In this document: positions 11,855-21,120 of the stretch, piece by piece | How the letters are laid out: each line of letters begins with the position of its first letter | Numbering within the stretch: the stretch's first letter is position 1 | Program-made: the position numbers and the translations under genes | Source of the DNA: an uncultured Polaromonas sp. | GTDB lineage: Bacteria > Pseudomonadota > Gammaproteobacteria > Burkholderiales > Burkholderiaceae_C | Direction: 5' to 3' | Length of the DNA: 64,000 nt | Assembly (NCBI GenBank): GCA_964575005.1 | Contig: CAZNQE010000003.1 | Span: 1,991-65,990 of the forward strand | The notes under the pieces: generated by a model | Database searches by the model: none | The model's input: only the letters and a program-made list of their open reading frames with translations | Told to the model about the DNA's origin: nothing

Positions 11855-12673
11855 ATGACCGATACCTCCGCCGCCAAAAAAGACGTCCAGAAACTCCAAC
11901 GCGCCATCGTCGATGGCCTGGAAGATGTGAAGGCGCAGGACATCCAGGTCTTTGACACCGAACACATTACCTCGCTGTTTGAGCGCGTGATCGTGGCATC
12001 GGGCACGTCGAACCGGCAGACCAAGGCGCTGGCCGCCAGCGTGCGCGACGCCGTGCGTGACGCCGGCTTTGCCAAGCCCCGCATTGAAGGCGAAGAAAAC
12101 GGCGAATGGATCATCGTGGACTGCGGCGCAGCCGTGGCGCACATCATGCAGCCCACCATTCGCCAGTACTACCACCTTGAAGAACTCTGGGGCGAAAAGC
12201 CCGTCAAGCTCAAGCTGGGCGCAGCTGCACCGCAGGCCAAGGCCTCGCGCGCCGATGCATTGGCAGCCGCCGAAAGCCAGGCCAAGGACGTGCCCAAAGG
12301 CCGTACGGCTGAACGCACGGCCGCTCGCAATGCAGCCCGCAAGGCCGGCAAAGACAGCGGTGAAGTAGCGCCTAAAGCTGCCGCCAAGAAAGCCCCCGCC
12401 AAAAAGGCAGTGGCCAGGAAAGCCCCGACCACGACCGCAGTGAAGGCGGCAGCCCCGGCAAAGAGGGCAGCAGCCAAGACACCAGCTAAGGCACCAGCAA
12501 AAGCGCCAGCCAAGACCTCGGCCCGCGCCGCCGGCGCCACCAAGCCGGCCGGTGACAAAAAGCCCGCCTCCGGTAAAACGGCGGTCAAGGTGCTGAAGGT
12601 GCCTGCCAAGACCACTCGGGCACCTGCCAAGACGGCCAAGCCCGCAGCCAAGAAGACCACCCGCAAGGCATGA
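11855..12673 (+). CDS. rsfS: Ribosome silencing factor with a Lys/Ala/Pro-rich C-terminal tail
   Basis: WIIVDCG...[10 protein letters not shown] domain followed by ~150 aa of K/A/P-rich low-complexity sequence. Confidence 0.93.
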   Translation: MTDTSAAKKDVQKLQRAIVDGLEDVKAQDIQVFDTEHITSLFERVIVASGTSNRQTKALAASVRDAVRDAGFAKPRIEGEENGEWIIVDCGAAVAHIMQPTIRQYYHLEELWGEKPVKLKLGAAAPQAKASRADALAAAESQAKDVPKGRTAERTAARNAARKAGKDSGEVAPKAAAKKAPAKKAVARKAPTTTAVKAAAPAKRAAAKTPAKAPAKAPAKTSARAAGATKPAGDKKPASGKTAVKVLKVPAKTTRAPAKTAKPAAKKTTRKA

Positions 12674-13137
12674 AGCTGCAAATCGTCGCGGTCGGGCAAC
12701 GGGTGCCCGACTGGGCGCAGACCGCCTACGACGATTACGCCAAGCGCTTTCCGCCCGAGCTGCGCGTGGAGCTCAAGGCGGTCAAAACCGAAGCGCGAGC
12801 TTCCAAGACGCTTGAAAACTTGCTGGCCGCCGAGCGTGCTCGCATCGAGGCCGCTATTCCCAAGGGCACGCGCATCGTGGCGCTGGACGAGCGCGGCACG
12901 GCCGTGACCACGGTGGCACTGGCCGACAAACTCAAGCACTGGCAGCGCGAAGGCGATGACGTCGCCATCGTGATCGGCGGGCCAGACGGGCTGGACCCGG
13001 CCTTCAAGCAAGCCGCACACGAGCGCATGCGTTTGTCTGACCTCACCTTGCCGCATGCCATGGTGCGCGTGCTGCTCATCGAGCAGCTCTACCGCGCCTG
13101 GAGCATCACGGTGAACCATCCCTACCACCGCGAGTAA
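12670..13137 (+). CDS. rlmH: 23S rRNA m3Psi1915 methyltransferase
   Basis: [26 protein letters not shown]. Confidence 0.96.
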   Translation: MKLQIVAVGQRVPDWAQTAYDDYAKRFPPELRVELKAVKTEARASKTLENLLAAERARIEAAIPKGTRIVALDERGTAVTTVALADKLKHWQREGDDVAIVIGGPDGLDPAFKQAAHERMRLSDLTLPHAMVRVLLIEQLYRAWSITVNHPYHRE

Positions 13138-13146
13138 GCACCAGCC

Positions 13147-13752
13147 ATGCTGCCGAACTTTATCTACCTGGCCTCGCAAAGCCCGCGCCGCGCGCAGTTG
13201 CTAGAGCAACTGGGTGTGCGTCTTGAGACTTTGGTGGCGGATGCAGCTGAAGACGCCGAAGCTCTGGAGGCCGTGCACGGTAAAGAAGCGCCATCCACTT
13301 ATGTGCAGCGCGTCACGCAACTCAAGCTGGCCGCATCGGTGGCGCGCATGCAGCGCCGCAACTTGCCGCCAGCACCCGTGCTCTGCGCAGACACCACCGT
13401 GGCCTTGGGCCCGCTCATTCTGGGCAAGCCTGAGAACACCGCGGATGCCGTGCGCATGCTCAAACTCTTGTCCGGTGCCACGCACCGCGTGCTGACGGCT
13501 GTCGCGGTCAGTCATAAGGGCAAAACGCACGCCGCACTGAGCGAATCACGTGTGACTTTTGCCAAGATGACGCGCGCGCAAATCGAGGCCTACGCCGCCA
13601 CCGGCGAGCCGCTCGGCAAAGCTGGCGCTTATGCAGTGCAGGGCAGGGCGGCCATGCACATCACGCGCATCAGCGGCAGTTATTCCGGCATCATGGGCCT
13701 GCCCTTGCATGAGACGGCTTTGCTGCTCCAAGCGACAGGCCTGAAGCTCTAA
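13147..13752 (+). CDS. maf: Maf family nucleotide pyrophosphatase
   Basis: LASQSPRR, ADTTV, GKAGAYAVQG, IMGLP. Confidence 0.93.
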   Translation: MLPNFIYLASQSPRRAQLLEQLGVRLETLVADAAEDAEALEAVHGKEAPSTYVQRVTQLKLAASVARMQRRNLPPAPVLCADTTVALGPLILGKPENTADAVRMLKLLSGATHRVLTAVAVSHKGKTHAALSESRVTFAKMTRAQIEAYAATGEPLGKAGAYAVQGRAAMHITRISGSYSGIMGLPLHETALLLQATGLKL

Positions 13753-13776
13753 CCTCTTTAAATCATCGCTCCGACC

Positions 13777-15267
13777 ATGCCGCAAGACATCCTCATCAAC
13801 TGGTCGCCACAAGAAACCCGTGTCGCGGTGGTCGAACACGCGGCCGTGCAAGAGCTGCATGTCGAGCGCACGCTCGAACGCGGGCTGGTCGGCAATGTGT
13901 ACCTGGGCAAGGTGGCGCGTGTGCTGCCGGGCATGCAGTCCGCCTTTATCGACATCGGCCTGGACCGCGCTGCGTTCTTGCATGTGGCTGATCTCATGAG
14001 CAGCATCAACAGCCGCCATGCCGAGCCTGACGCGGCCAAGGGCGATGCGCCTGCGCCACTGCCAACGCCGATCGAAAAGCAGCTTTTCGAAGGCCAGTCG
14101 GTCATGGTCCAAGTGCTTAAGGACCCGATTGGCACCAAGGGCGCGCGGCTCACGGCGCAGATCAGCATTGCCGGGCGCTTGCTGGTGTTTTTGCCGCAAG
14201 ACAACCATGTGGGCATCTCGCAAAAGATTCCGCCCAAGCAGCGTGAAGACTTGCGTCAGCGCCTGCTGGCCTTGGCGGGTGAGCAGGGCGGCGGTTTTAT
14301 TTTGCGCACCAATGGCGAAGACGCCAGTGACGCCGAACTCGGCGAAGACATTGCTTATTTGCGCAAGACCTGGGCACGCATCAAGGCGGCGTCACTGCGC
14401 CTGCCACCGGCATCCGTGCTGCATCAAGACCTGACTTTGCAGCAGCGCGTGCTGCGCGACATCGCATCAGAAGCGACGCAAAGCATCCGCGTCGATTCAC
14501 GCGAGCAGTTCACGCAATTACAGGCTTTTGCCGCCGAGTTCATGCCCTCCATCCACGGCAAGATCCAGCTGTATGCCGGTGAGCGGCCGATCTTTGACTT
14601 GTTCAACATCGACGATGAAATCGCCGCGGCTCTGGGCCGACGGGTTGATCTCAAATCGGGCGGCTACCTCATCATTGACCAGACCGAAGCCTTGACCACG
14701 GTGGACGTGAACACCGGCGGCTTTGTGGGCGCGCGCAACTTTGACGAGACGATTTTCAAGACAAACCTGGAGGCGGCGCAGGCGATTGCGCGGCAGCTTC
14801 GCTTGCGCAACCTGGGCGGCATCGTCATCGTCGACTTCATCGACATGCTGCGCGAAAACCACCGTGAATCGGTGCTGGCCGAGTTTAAGAAGCAGCTTGC
14901 CCGGGACCGCATCAAGACCAGCGTCAATGGCGGTTTTTCAGCGCTGGGCCTTTTGGAAATGACGCGCAAGCGCACGCGTGAATCCTTGTCGCATCAATTG
15001 TGTGAGCCGTGCAGCGCTTGCAGCGGAAAAGGCGTGGTCAAGACAGCCCGCAGCGTGACGTACGACATCTTGCGGGAGATCTTGCGCGAGGCGCGCCAGT
15101 TCAATCCGCGTGAGTTCCGGGTGGTGGCTGCGCCGCAGGTGATCGAGCTTTTTTTGGACGAAGAAAGCCAGCACTTGGCTGGCTTGAGCGAGTTCATCGG
15201 CAAGCCGATTTCACTTCAAGCCGAAGCGGCCATGGCGCAGGAGCACTACGACATCGTGCTGCTGTAG
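13777..15267 (+). CDS. rng: Ribonuclease G
   Basis: S1 domain VGNVYLGKV, DVNTG, LRNLGGIVIVDFIDM; no RNase E C-terminal tail. Confidence 0.95.
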   Translation: MPQDILINWSPQETRVAVVEHAAVQELHVERTLERGLVGNVYLGKVARVLPGMQSAFIDIGLDRAAFLHVADLMSSINSRHAEPDAAKGDAPAPLPTPIEKQLFEGQSVMVQVLKDPIGTKGARLTAQISIAGRLLVFLPQDNHVGISQKIPPKQREDLRQRLLALAGEQGGGFILRTNGEDASDAELGEDIAYLRKTWARIKAASLRLPPASVLHQDLTLQQRVLRDIASEATQSIRVDSREQFTQLQAFAAEFMPSIHGKIQLYAGERPIFDLFNIDDEIAAALGRRVDLKSGGYLIIDQTEALTTVDVNTGGFVGARNFDETIFKTNLEAAQAIARQLRLRNLGGIVIVDFIDMLRENHRESVLAEFKKQLARDRIKTSVNGGFSALGLLEMTRKRTRESLSHQLCEPCSACSGKGVVKTARSVTYDILREILREARQFNPREFRVVAAPQVIELFLDEESQHLAGLSEFIGKPISLQAEAAMAQEHYDIVLL

Positions 15268-15277
15268 GGCGGCTCGC

Positions 15278-17023
15278 TCAGGCTTGCGGAAAGCCCAGGT
15301 TGTACAGGTGCTGGTAGGCGCCGCCCTGAGCCAGCAAGGCCTCGTGCGTGCCTGACTCGATGATCCGGCCGGCGTCCATCACCACAATGCGGTCCACGTG
15401 CTGGATGGTCGAGAGGCGGTGCGCAATGATGAGCGAGGTGCGGTTGGCCTTGAGCCGGGCCAGCGCCTGTTGCACGGCCTGCTCGGACTCGCCGTCAAGG
15501 GCTGATGTGGCTTCATCCAGAATCAGAATCGGTGCGTCTTTGTAAAGCGCGCGCGCAATGGCCAGGCGCTGACGTTGACCGCCCGACATCTGCATGGCGT
15601 TGTGGCCCAGCAAGGTGTCCAGGCCGTCGGGTAGTTCGGCCAGCAGGGCGCCCAGGTTGGCGTCTTCCAGGCAGCGGCGCACGCGCGCCCGGTCAATGTC
15701 TTTGCCCAAGGCCACGTTCGCGGCCACGCTGTCATTGATCAGCACCACATGCTGGCTGACCACGGCAAATTGCGCGCGCAAGGCGCTCAGTTGCCACTCG
15801 CGCAAGTCCACGCCGTCCAGGGTGATGCTGCCCAGGCCGGGATTGGTAAAGCGCGGCAACAGGTTGACCAGGGTGGTTTTGCCTGCACCGGAGGCGCCCA
15901 CCAAAGCAATGGTTTGCCCGGCTTCGATGTGCAGGTCAATGCCGTCCAGCGCCCAGCGCCCTTGCTCACCGTAACGCAGGCCGACGCCTGAAAACACAAT
16001 CTGCCCCGTCGCTCGGGGCTTGGCAAAGTTGCCGCCTTGCTCGTCCAGGCGCTGGTCCATCAGGTCCAGTCCGCGTTCCAGGGCGGCCAAGCCGCGCGTC
16101 ACGGGCGTGGCGGCGTCAGACAAGCCCTTGAGCGGCGCCACCAGCATCAGCATGGCTGTGACAAACGCCACAAAACCGCCCACCGTGGTGGCGGCCTGGT
16201 TGCTTTGCACCAGCGCAATCGAAATCACGGTGGCCAGCGCCAAGGCCGTCAACATCTGGGTAATGGCGCTCATGCCCGCGTGGGCGGCTGTGCTTTTGAT
16301 CGACAAACTGCGCAGCGAGCCACTGAGCACGTCAAAGCGTTTGGCTTGCGCATCTTGCGCGCCATGCAGGCGTATGTCTCTGTGCGCGAGCACGTTTTCT
16401 TCCACCACATAAGCCAGGCTGTCGGTGGCGACCTGGCTTTGCTTCGTCAACCGGTACAGCCTCTTGGACAGGGCGCGCACCACCCAGGCGACAGCCGGGA
16501 ACATGATGGCTACCACCAGGGTCAGCTTCCAGTTCAGGTAAAGCAGGTAGGCGACCAGCGCCAGCATGCTCAACAGGTCACGCGCCAGACGCATGGCGGC
16601 ATTAATCAGCATCTGCGAGCCCGTCTGCACCTCATAGACCACGGTGTTGGCCATTTCACTGGCGCTTTGGTCCTTGAACAGCGTGAGCTCGGCGCTGAGC
16701 AGTTTCCCAAACAGCGCCCTGCGCAAGTTCATCAGGCCGGTATTGGTGACGCTGGCCATGGCGTACTGCGCCACAAAACCCGCCAGGCTGCGCACACCAA
16801 AAAGCAAAATGAGAAATACAGGCACCTGCCACAAGGGAAAGCCGGTGTTCTGAAAGCCGCGGTCCAGCAGGGGTTTGAGCAGTGCCGGCACCATCGGTTC
16901 GGTCGCGGACGCGGCAATGGTGGCGAGGGCAGCCAAGGCCCAAGCGCCGCGGGACTGTGCGAAAAATGGCCAAACGCGGGCAAAGCGTTGCCGCAGTCTG
17001 GAGGTCACGCTGGGTTGGCCCAT
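15278..17023 (-). CDS. msbA: Lipid A export ABC transporter
   Basis: TMD plus NBD; GASGAGKT, MSGGQRQR, ILDEATSALD. Confidence 0.88.
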   Translation of the reverse strand: MGQPSVTSRLRQRFARVWPFFAQSRGAWALAALATIAASATEPMVPALLKPLLDRGFQNTGFPLWQVPVFLILLFGVRSLAGFVAQYAMASVTNTGLMNLRRALFGKLLSAELTLFKDQSASEMANTVVYEVQTGSQMLINAAMRLARDLLSMLALVAYLLYLNWKLTLVVAIMFPAVAWVVRALSKRLYRLTKQSQVATDSLAYVVEENVLAHRDIRLHGAQDAQAKRFDVLSGSLRSLSIKSTAAHAGMSAITQMLTALALATVISIALVQSNQAATTVGGFVAFVTAMLMLVAPLKGLSDAATPVTRGLAALERGLDLMDQRLDEQGGNFAKPRATGQIVFSGVGLRYGEQGRWALDGIDLHIEAGQTIALVGASGAGKTTLVNLLPRFTNPGLGSITLDGVDLREWQLSALRAQFAVVSQHVVLINDSVAANVALGKDIDRARVRRCLEDANLGALLAELPDGLDTLLGHNAMQMSGGQRQRLAIARALYKDAPILILDEATSALDGESEQAVQQALARLKANRTSLIIAHRLSTIQHVDRIVVMDAGRIIESGTHEALLAQGGAYQHLYNLGFPQA

Positions 17024-17184
17024 GGGTCAGCTCAGCGTGCGCTGGCGCGAAGAACTGCGATAAAAAAGAGGCAAGTGCAAGTCGTGAGGCCGTGAATTAA
17101 GCTGGGCTGGATTATCAGACATCATGCCCAAGGTCAGTCCGTGGGTGTGTACCATGCGGGGTCGCGCGATTTTCAGCAAATAGG

Positions 17185-18519
17185 ATGAGTTGTAGTTTGG
17201 GCCTTCAAGTGATGATGAATGATTCGGGTATCACCGCTACGAGCCGTCGGCACGCGCTGCAGCGCCTGTCTTCGGCAGCCCTTCTGGCCTGGGGTGCAGG
17301 CCCCGCGCTGGCGCAGTTTCGTGTCGAGGTGTCCGGCATTGGCTTGACGCAAGTGCCGATTGCCTTGCCCGCCTTCAAGGGCGAGGCGCAATCACCGCAA
17401 AAAATCAGTGTCATCGTGAAGGCCGACCTGGAACGCAGCGGCATGTTCCGCGTGGTGGAGGCTGCGGGCGCGGCGGCCGACGAAAACACCCGCCTGGAAG
17501 TCAGCACCTGGCGCCAGGCTGGGGCTGACGCCGTGGCCGCCGGCAGCGTGACCGCCTTGGCCGACGGCCGCTTTGACGTGCGTGTGCGCTTGTGGGATGT
17601 GGTGCGCGGGCAAGACCTGGGCGGCCAAAGCCATGTTGTGAGTGCTGCGGATTTGCGCCTGGCGGCGCACCGCGTGGCCGATTTCCTTTACGAAAAGCTC
17701 ACCGGCGAAAAAGGCGTGTTTGCCACCCGCATCGCCTACGTGACCAAAGCCGCCCAGCGTTACAACCTGTGGGTGGCCGACTCGGACGGCGAGAACGCGC
17801 AGTCCGCGCTGGCCAGCCCTGAGCCCATCATTTCGCCTTCGTGGTCACCTACAGCCTCGCAACTGGCTTATGTGTCCTTTGAGTCGCGCAAGCCCGTGAT
17901 CTACGCGCATGACGTGGCCACGGGCCGGCGCCGCTTGCTGGCCAATTTCAAAGGCAGCAACAGCGCGCCCGCCTGGTCGCCCGACGGCCGGCAACTGGTG
18001 GCCACGCTGAGTCGCGACGGTGGCTCGCAGCTGTATGTCATCGACGCGAATGGCGGCGATCCCAAGCGCTTGACCCAATCGGCCAGCATTGACACCGAGC
18101 CCACTTTCACCGCTGACGGCAAGCGCATCTATTTTGTGAGTGACCGCGGCGGCGCGCCGCAGGTCTACCGCATGGCTGCCTCGGGCGGCAATGCCGAGCG
18201 CGTGACCTTCACGGGCAACTACAACATTTCGCCTGCGCTCAGCCCGGATGGCCGCTGGATGGCCTACATCTCGCGCGTGGGCGGCGCTTTTAAATTGCAC
18301 GTGATGGACTTGGCCAGCGGTAACAGCACTGCCATCACAGACACCAATGCCGACGAAAATCCCAGCTTCGCGCCGAACAGCCGGCTGATCTTGTACGCGA
18401 CCCAGCAACAAGGCCGCGAAGCCTTGATGACCAGCACGCTGGATGGGAAAATCAAGGCTCGGCTTTCGGGCGCGGGCGGCGACATTCGCGAGCCCGACTG
18501 GGCCCCATTCGGACGTTGA
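17185..18519 (+). CDS. tolB: Tol-Pal beta-propeller protein TolB (start may be slightly downstream)
   Basis: DLERSG, TRIAYV, repeated PxWSPDG blades. Confidence 0.95.
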   Translation: MSCSLGLQVMMNDSGITATSRRHALQRLSSAALLAWGAGPALAQFRVEVSGIGLTQVPIALPAFKGEAQSPQKISVIVKADLERSGMFRVVEAAGAAADENTRLEVSTWRQAGADAVAAGSVTALADGRFDVRVRLWDVVRGQDLGGQSHVVSAADLRLAAHRVADFLYEKLTGEKGVFATRIAYVTKAAQRYNLWVADSDGENAQSALASPEPIISPSWSPTASQLAYVSFESRKPVIYAHDVATGRRRLLANFKGSNSAPAWSPDGRQLVATLSRDGGSQLYVIDANGGDPKRLTQSASIDTEPTFTADGKRIYFVSDRGGAPQVYRMAASGGNAERVTFTGNYNISPALSPDGRWMAYISRVGGAFKLHVMDLASGNSTAITDTNADENPSFAPNSRLILYATQQQGREALMTSTLDGKIKARLSGAGGDIREPDWAPFGR

Positions 18520-18609
18520 GTTGGCGGGGCTAAGGCCTCTTTAGCTTTGTCCGGCTTTTAAGTTTTCAGCGTTATTTACTTTTTCCTAACTTTTATTTCA
18601 AGGCGACCC

Positions 18610-19152
18610 ATGAAGCGAGTGCTTATTTCAATCTTGTCGACATCCACTTTGGCGCTGGCGCTGGTGGCCTGCGGCTCCAGTGTGAAATTGAGCGATGTGC
18701 CTGTTGAAGACCGCGCTGGCGCGGCGGTGGGCCAAGCCGGCGCAACGCCCTCGAGCGTGACGGGTAGCGGCGTAGCCCCGGTCGAAATCGGCCGTACCGA
18801 CCCCAATGGCGCCGGCCCTGCTGGTGCCGCCCGCGTGATCTATTTCGACTACGACAGCTTCACCATCAAGCCTGAGTTTCAGTCAGCCATCGAAACGCAC
18901 GCACGCTTTTTGAGTGCGAACAAGGCACGCCGTGTGGCCATTGAAGGCCACACCGACGAGCGCGGTGGCCGTGAATACAACCTGGCCTTGGGCCAAAAGC
19001 GCGCCGAAGCCGTGCGCCGCGCGCTCGGTCTTTTGGGCGTGACCGATTCGCAGCTTGAAGCGGTTAGCTTCGGTGAAGAAAAAGCAGCCGCACAGGGCAG
19101 CACCGAAGATGCCTTTTCGCGCAATCGCCGTGCTGAGTTGAGCTACCGCTGA
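18610..19152 (+). CDS. pal: Peptidoglycan-associated lipoprotein
   Basis: Lipobox LVAC; YFDYD, EGHTDERGGREYNLALGQKRA, NRRAE. Confidence 0.96.
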   Translation: MKRVLISILSTSTLALALVACGSSVKLSDVPVEDRAGAAVGQAGATPSSVTGSGVAPVEIGRTDPNGAGPAGAARVIYFDYDSFTIKPEFQSAIETHARFLSANKARRVAIEGHTDERGGREYNLALGQKRAEAVRRALGLLGVTDSQLEAVSFGEEKAAAQGSTEDAFSRNRRAELSYR

Positions 19153-19973
19153 TGCTTTCCTTTCCTTCGCTACCGGTAGCTCGATGGGCCAGCGCGGTGG
19201 CCTTGGCCACGCTGGCGTTGGCTTGCGTCACAGCGCCGAGTCCGTCGCGCGCCGGACTGCTGGAGGACGACGAAGCCCGCAAGGCCATCCTGGAGGCGCG
19301 TAAGTCAATTGGCGAGCTGCGCCAGCGCTTGGACATGGGCCTGGCCGAAACGCAAAGCCGCGCGACAGAGGAAAACGCCCAGCTACGCCGAAGCGTGCTG
19401 GAGCTGTCCAACCAGATCGAGGTCTTGCGCGCAGAGATGGCGCGCATGCGCGGCCAGGAAGAACAACTCGCACGCGACGTCGCGGAAGTCCAGCGTCGCC
19501 AAAAAGACCTGGCGCAGGACACCCAAGGCGTGGGTGAGCGCCTGCGGCAGTTCGAGCCGTCCAAGGTGTCGGTGGACGGACGGGAGTTCGTGGCGCAGCC
19601 TGCGGAGGCGCGTGACTTCAATGCCGCACTCGCGGCCTTGCGTCAGGGCGACTTTGCACAGGCGCAGACGGGTTTTGCTGACTTGATCAAGCGCTACCCC
19701 AACACCGGCTACAAGCCTTCGGCCTTGTTCTGGCTGGGCAACGCGCAGTACGCGCAGCGCAACTACAAAGACGCGCAAGTGCAGTTCCGTGCCTTGGTCA
19801 GCAGCACCCCCGACCACGCACGCGCCCCGGAAGCCTTGCTGTCGCTGGCCAACTGCCAGATCGAACTCAAGGAAACCCGCGCGGCTCGCAAGTCGCTCGA
19901 AGACCTGCTCAAAGCCTACCCGCAGTCCGAGGCCGCAAGCCTGGGTAAAGAGCGCTTGGCCAAGCTGAAGTAA
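19152..19973 (+). CDS. cpoB: Tol-Pal system TPR protein YbgF/CpoB
   Basis: Signal peptide, coiled coil, TPR (ALFWLGNAQY); follows pal. Confidence 0.9.
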   Translation: MLSFPSLPVARWASAVALATLALACVTAPSPSRAGLLEDDEARKAILEARKSIGELRQRLDMGLAETQSRATEENAQLRRSVLELSNQIEVLRAEMARMRGQEEQLARDVAEVQRRQKDLAQDTQGVGERLRQFEPSKVSVDGREFVAQPAEARDFNAALAALRQGDFAQAQTGFADLIKRYPNTGYKPSALFWLGNAQYAQRNYKDAQVQFRALVSSTPDHARAPEALLSLANCQIELKETRAARKSLEDLLKAYPQSEAASLGKERLAKLK

Positions 19974-19980
19974 GGCGCAG

Positions 19981-20874
19981 ATGGCGCCCGCTTTGACTGC
20001 GCTGGCTGGCGATTCGGCTGAGCGTGTTGCCCCCGGAGATTCAGTTGACCTGGAGCGCCGCTTTGGCGGTTTGGCGCGGCTGTACGGCGCGCTGGGTGCC
20101 CAGCAGATTCGCCGCGCGCACGTGGTCGTGGTCGGCATAGGCGGCGTTGGCTCCTGGACTGCCGAGGCCCTGGCCCGCAGCGGCGTGGCAGCTCTCACGC
20201 TCATTGATCTGGACCACGTGTCGGAGTCCAACATCAACCGCCAGATCCATGCGCTGGACGGCACGCTGGGGCAGGCCAAGGTGCAAGCCATGCGCGAGCG
20301 GATCGCCCAGATCAATCCGCATTGCCGCGTGAACTGCATTGAAGATTTTGTCGAGCCAGGCAACTGGCCTCAACTCGCAGGCGATGCGCTGCATGCAGAC
20401 CCACTGCGTCCCTTGGCCCTGGTGGACGCCTGCGATCAGGTCAAGGCCAAAGCGGCGTTGGCCGCATGGGCCTTGCAGCGGCCTGATGTGCAGTTCATCA
20501 GCGTGGGCGCAGCCGGCGGCAAGCGCCATGCGCACCGCGTCGAGATTGATGATTTGTCGCTCACCACGCACGACCCACTGCTCGCGCAACTGCGCTACCG
20601 CTTGCGCAAGCAAGCCGGTGCATCCAGGCAGGGCCGGATCGGCATTGCCTGTGTGTTCAGTCGCGAATCCGTCATGCAACCCCCAGCGGCGCAGGTCTCT
20701 TGCGACGTATCCGGCATCCATTTGTTGAACGACAAAGCAGACGCCATGAGTGACGGCACGCTCAATTGCCACGGCTATGGATCGGTGGTCAGCGTCACAT
20801 CCACATTTGGTGTGTGCGCGGCAGGTTGGTTGCTCGATAAAATTTCGCAAGGCTTGCCGAAGCCTAAAAAATGA
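19981..20874 (+). CDS. tcdA: tRNA threonylcarbamoyladenosine dehydratase (ThiF family)
   Basis: GIGGVGSW, SNINRQ, DPLL, CVFSRE, LNCHGYGS. Confidence 0.88.
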   Translation: MAPALTALAGDSAERVAPGDSVDLERRFGGLARLYGALGAQQIRRAHVVVVGIGGVGSWTAEALARSGVAALTLIDLDHVSESNINRQIHALDGTLGQAKVQAMRERIAQINPHCRVNCIEDFVEPGNWPQLAGDALHADPLRPLALVDACDQVKAKAALAAWALQRPDVQFISVGAAGGKRHAHRVEIDDLSLTTHDPLLAQLRYRLRKQAGASRQGRIGIACVFSRESVMQPPAAQVSCDVSGIHLLNDKADAMSDGTLNCHGYGSVVSVTSTFGVCAAGWLLDKISQGLPKPKK

Positions 20875-20883
20875 CGCTATAAT
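20854..20883 (+). promoter_or_regulatory. Sigma70-type promoter for tRNA-Lys
   Basis: TTGCCG (20854-20859), 18 nt spacer, TATAAT (20878-20883), about 60 nt before the tRNA. Confidence 0.6.
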
Positions 20884-20940
20884 TTGAGGCTCAACTGATG
20901 ATCGCTAAGTGATTCGGAAGAGAAGCAAAAAAGAATAAGT

Positions 20941-21016
20941 GGGACGTTAGCTCAGTTGGTAGAGCAGCGGACTTTTAATCCGTTTGTCGTGGGTTCGACC
21001 CCCGCACGTCCCACCA
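20941..21016 (+). tRNA. tRNA-Lys (anticodon TTT)
   Basis: 76 nt; acceptor GGGACGT/ACGTCCC, D-arm AGCTCAGTTGGTAGAGC, anticodon loop CTTTTAA, GGTTCGA T-loop, encoded CCA. Confidence 0.97.
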
Positions 21017-21027
21017 CTGAATTCATG

Positions 21028-21064
21028 AAAACACCCGCTGCTCACGCAGTGGGTGTTTTTTTTT
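21028..21064 (+). terminator. Rho-independent terminator, possibly bidirectional
   Basis: AAAACACCCGCTGC-TCAC-GCAGTGGGTGTTTT hairpin running into a 9-T tract, between the tRNA and a convergent gene. Confidence 0.85.
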
Positions 21065-21120
21065 GCCCCTGTGCCAGTATTGCGCTAGTGATTACGCGAG
21101 TGATTGCGCAGTGCCTGCGA

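Noticed and set aside
12361-12670. Short repeated sequences as a possible CRISPR or VNTR
   Set aside because: They are degenerate codons for the PAKA/AKK tail of RsfS; no repeat-spacer structure and no cas genes.
17024-17184. Absence of tolQRA upstream of tolB
   Set aside because: Split tol-pal loci are not unusual; the genes are probably elsewhere in the genome.
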